This document shows positions 61,701 through 64,000 of a stretch of 64,000 nucleotides of DNA, piece after piece (position 1 is the stretch's first letter; every line of letters starts with the position of its first letter). The DNA is from Vitrella brassicaformis CCMP3155. Its lineage: Eukaryota > Protista > Chromerida. The translations under genes and the position numbers were made by a program. The stretch is taken from contig CDMY01000413.1 of the NCBI GenBank assembly GCA_001179505.1, positions 19,558 to 83,557 on the forward strand, read 5' to 3'. Under the pieces are notes generated by a model. That model ran no database searches. It was not told the DNA's origin and saw only the letters and a list, made by a program, of their open reading frames with translations.

Positions 61701-61922
61701 ACAGGCCGCCCAGCAGGGCATGGCACTCCTGCTCAAATGAACATCATCAGAGAATGTGTGTGCACGCCGTTCTGCATCTGTGTATGCGACCTTCTGGAAC
61801 GATGAGCGCTGCTCTTCAAGCGCATTCAGATCTTCCTGGGCGACGGCCCGCCAGCGAAAGGCCTTTTTCTCGCCTTTGAAGTTGATGGCAAAGGACAGGT
61901 ATCCACCACCGCAGCAGCCCAT
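58720..61922 (-). CDS. GPH/MFS_2 sugar:cation symporter-like transporter with N- and C-terminal extensions
   Basis: AIGRSLDVLTDPLMANITDG..PYGR|RRPFMLVG is the GPH loop 2-3 motif. Also present: NAPFRVLVLAW, NMAATMLPFFIQFV, KQIGDYKAWL, FNGIPLGASFLTTNLRGLIIDYDE and QTLAVIATIRLFFSFIP. The start is MGCC at 61922. Confidence 0.85.
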
Positions 61923-62005
61923 GGATAGATCTCTCAAATGCGATGGAGTCGAGCCTTCCCAGCTCGTCCGTTTCACGAGTCCGAAATCGCGCGCAACGAT
62001 GCGCG

Positions 62006-63652
62006 ATGCAGCATAGAAGGTTTATCGCAAAGGTGAGGAGATGCGCTTGGTTTCAACATACATGATCCATGCATTCATTCATTCCCGCAGGTCGTGTTCC
62101 TCTCCGCGCCTCTGCTCCATCATGCCTCTCCAGCGCATGCGTCCCTGAAGCCGCCGCCTGCATTCTTCTCCTTCCGGTTTGCATCCATCCTGATGAGCAA
62201 GAGGGCCGCCAGAGGCCGCCTCAGCGCCGCGGGCAAAGACGCCGTTCAGCCGACCAGTCCTGTCGCATCCATCAGGAAACGCCAGAGGCGCAGCGTGAAG
62301 AAGGCGGAGGAGGTGCCTGGTGAGCCGCCTCCTGCGGATTGCAGTGCTGTGGTTGAAGGTTTGGACGGAGGTTCGTCGCTGCCGAGGGCGATTGAGGAGT
62401 CGGTGCTAGCTGCTGGGGAGGCGGAGCATGTCATAGGCGTTGATGAAGCGGGGCGAGGGCCTTTGGGTACGTACGGCAGATCTGCAGTGTGTGCACATGT
62501 GTGGATGCGGATCAGATCTCTTCTTCTTTGCTGGCGTTGTGTTGTGTTGTGCAGCTGGCCCAGTGGTCGCAGCCGCGTGCCACATCCCACTTGGGGTTGA
62601 CCTGCCTGCTATCAGGGTGACCGGGGGAGGAACCAACACTCACTCATCGTGTGTCATTACATCTGCGGTGTGTCCCCGTGTGCGCAGGATAGCAAGGCCA
62701 TAAAGACTGAGGCGGAGAGGGAGGCCATCTATGAGAAGCTGACAGCTCATCCAGACGTTGTCTGGGCCACACATGCCGTCGACAACAACGAGATCGACCG
62801 CATCAACATTCTGCAGGTGAAGCCGCCACACACACAGGGAGAGAGAGAAAGGCAGTCCCTCCACCCCTCCATCTGGATGCACGTATGAGTGTCTGTGTGT
62901 ACCCAGGCAACTTTCAAAGCCATGACGCCGGCCGCCCAGAGTGTGATAGAGCAGTTGGCCACGTCAGGGGTCAAGCCGTCCGTAGCGGTGTTGGTCGACG
63001 GCAACCAGCTGCCTCCCGTGCTCAAAGATGACCCAAATGTCGGCTGCCACGCTGTCGTGCGAGGTGATCAGGCAACAACAACAACACACACACACACACA
63101 AGAGAGAGGGTGTGGACTCCGACCTGTGTATGTGTGCGTGTGCAGGTGATTCGAAGGAGTACGTCATCGCGGCGGCGTCGATCATCGCCAAAGTGACCCG
63201 CGACAGGTACATTACATACTCTGGGGCGTTATCTGTTGGCGGCTCGTCCACGTATGTATCTTTTCTGCTGTTTGGCCGATCAGGGTTATGAATGCCTACG
63301 ACGAAGAGCATCCGGGGTACGGCTTTGCCCAGCACAAGGGCTACCCAACTAAGGGGCACATTGAGGTCAGTCCATTCAAAGCCGAAGCAGTCCACCTGCG
63401 CTCTGACACACCCGCTCTATCTCTCCTCTCCGTCAGGCACTCAGCCGCCTCGGTGTGCTCCCCATCCACCGCAAGTCCTTCGGCTCCGTGGCCGCGTTGT
63501 GCGAGGTAGCTGTGTCGGAGGAGGGAGGCAACGGCGTGCTGGTTTCCGAAGAGGGCGGCGATGCATCGCCCAGATCGGCCATGGCAATGGGGCAGCCTGA
63601 GGCAAAGAGGAAGAAGAGGGGCAAAAGGGGGAAGGAGGATGGTGGGACATAG
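62006..63652 (+). CDS. rnhB: Bacterial-type ribonuclease HII (rnhB) with a putative bipartite plastid-targeting leader
   Basis: IGVDEAGRGPL|AGPVVAAA, DSK, EIDRINILQ|ATFKAM, VLVDGN, GDSKEYVIAAASIIAKVTRDR, GYGFAQHKGYPTKGH and PIHRKSF. Exon 1 (62006-62032) splices in frame to 62091. Confidence 0.92.
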
Positions 63653-64000
63653 AGTGACGGTGCTGGGCACGGCTGGCAGGTGTGTGTACAGTAGTATGGG
63701 GTGGCGTGAGGAGGATGTCGCACGTCACGGTGTTACACACGTGGTGCGGCAAGTGTACAAATGCCTGTCCATGCGTTGTCGGCATAATCCTTTCTTGCAA
63801 TGAATTGTCGACGATAAAAGGCCTCTCACACCGACTGTCGTCTGCGAAACACACGCAAACACACAAACCTCATGTAAGAATAGGTGGGAGAGAGTCGGGG
63901 AGAATGGTGAAGAGAGGATCTGCCGGGCGGTCAGTCCCGGATAAAGGATTAAGTCAATGCAACGTAAGGTCTGTGGATTTTGTGGAGAGTCCACGTAGGA

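Overview
This is intron-rich eukaryotic nuclear DNA with short GT-AG introns full of (GT)n, (CA)n, (CTGT)n and (ATCC)n microsatellites. That style, plus plastid-targeted genes and cilium genes, suggests a chromerid alveolate such as Vitrella brassicaformis (inference; no database search was possible). About 18 protein genes can be reconstructed by manual splicing: a hypothetical fragment, eIF3h, a BT1 folate/biopterin transporter, TCAB1/WRAP53, a secreted bacterial-type FAD oxidoreductase, HAT1, a secreted GH3 beta-glucosidase, a probably GPI-anchored HOTHEAD-like GMC oxidoreductase, a 46-aa three-exon microprotein, CLU/Clu1, a ~10-kb CPLANE1/JBTS17 ortholog, MOCS2A/MoaD, an intronless P-loop kinase, a PsbP-domain protein, a RING protein, an orphan type I membrane protein, a GPH/MFS_2 transporter and a bacterial-type RNase HII with a plastid-like presequence. 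Twelve genes sit in six tight head-to-head pairs. The octamer TGCGAGCT recurs just upstream of start codons. The 12.5-15.1 kb accessory island holds a perfect 83-bp direct repeat around a 506-bp insert that has a (TGAA)n tail and an antisense host-type intron, plus decayed coding sequence. A ~40-50-bp transposon-end-like motif is shared between this island and the gap at 21 kb. No rRNA, tRNA, CRISPR array or transposase/RT ORF was recognised. Exon boundaries were read by eye; CDS coordinates run from first ATG to stop and include introns.
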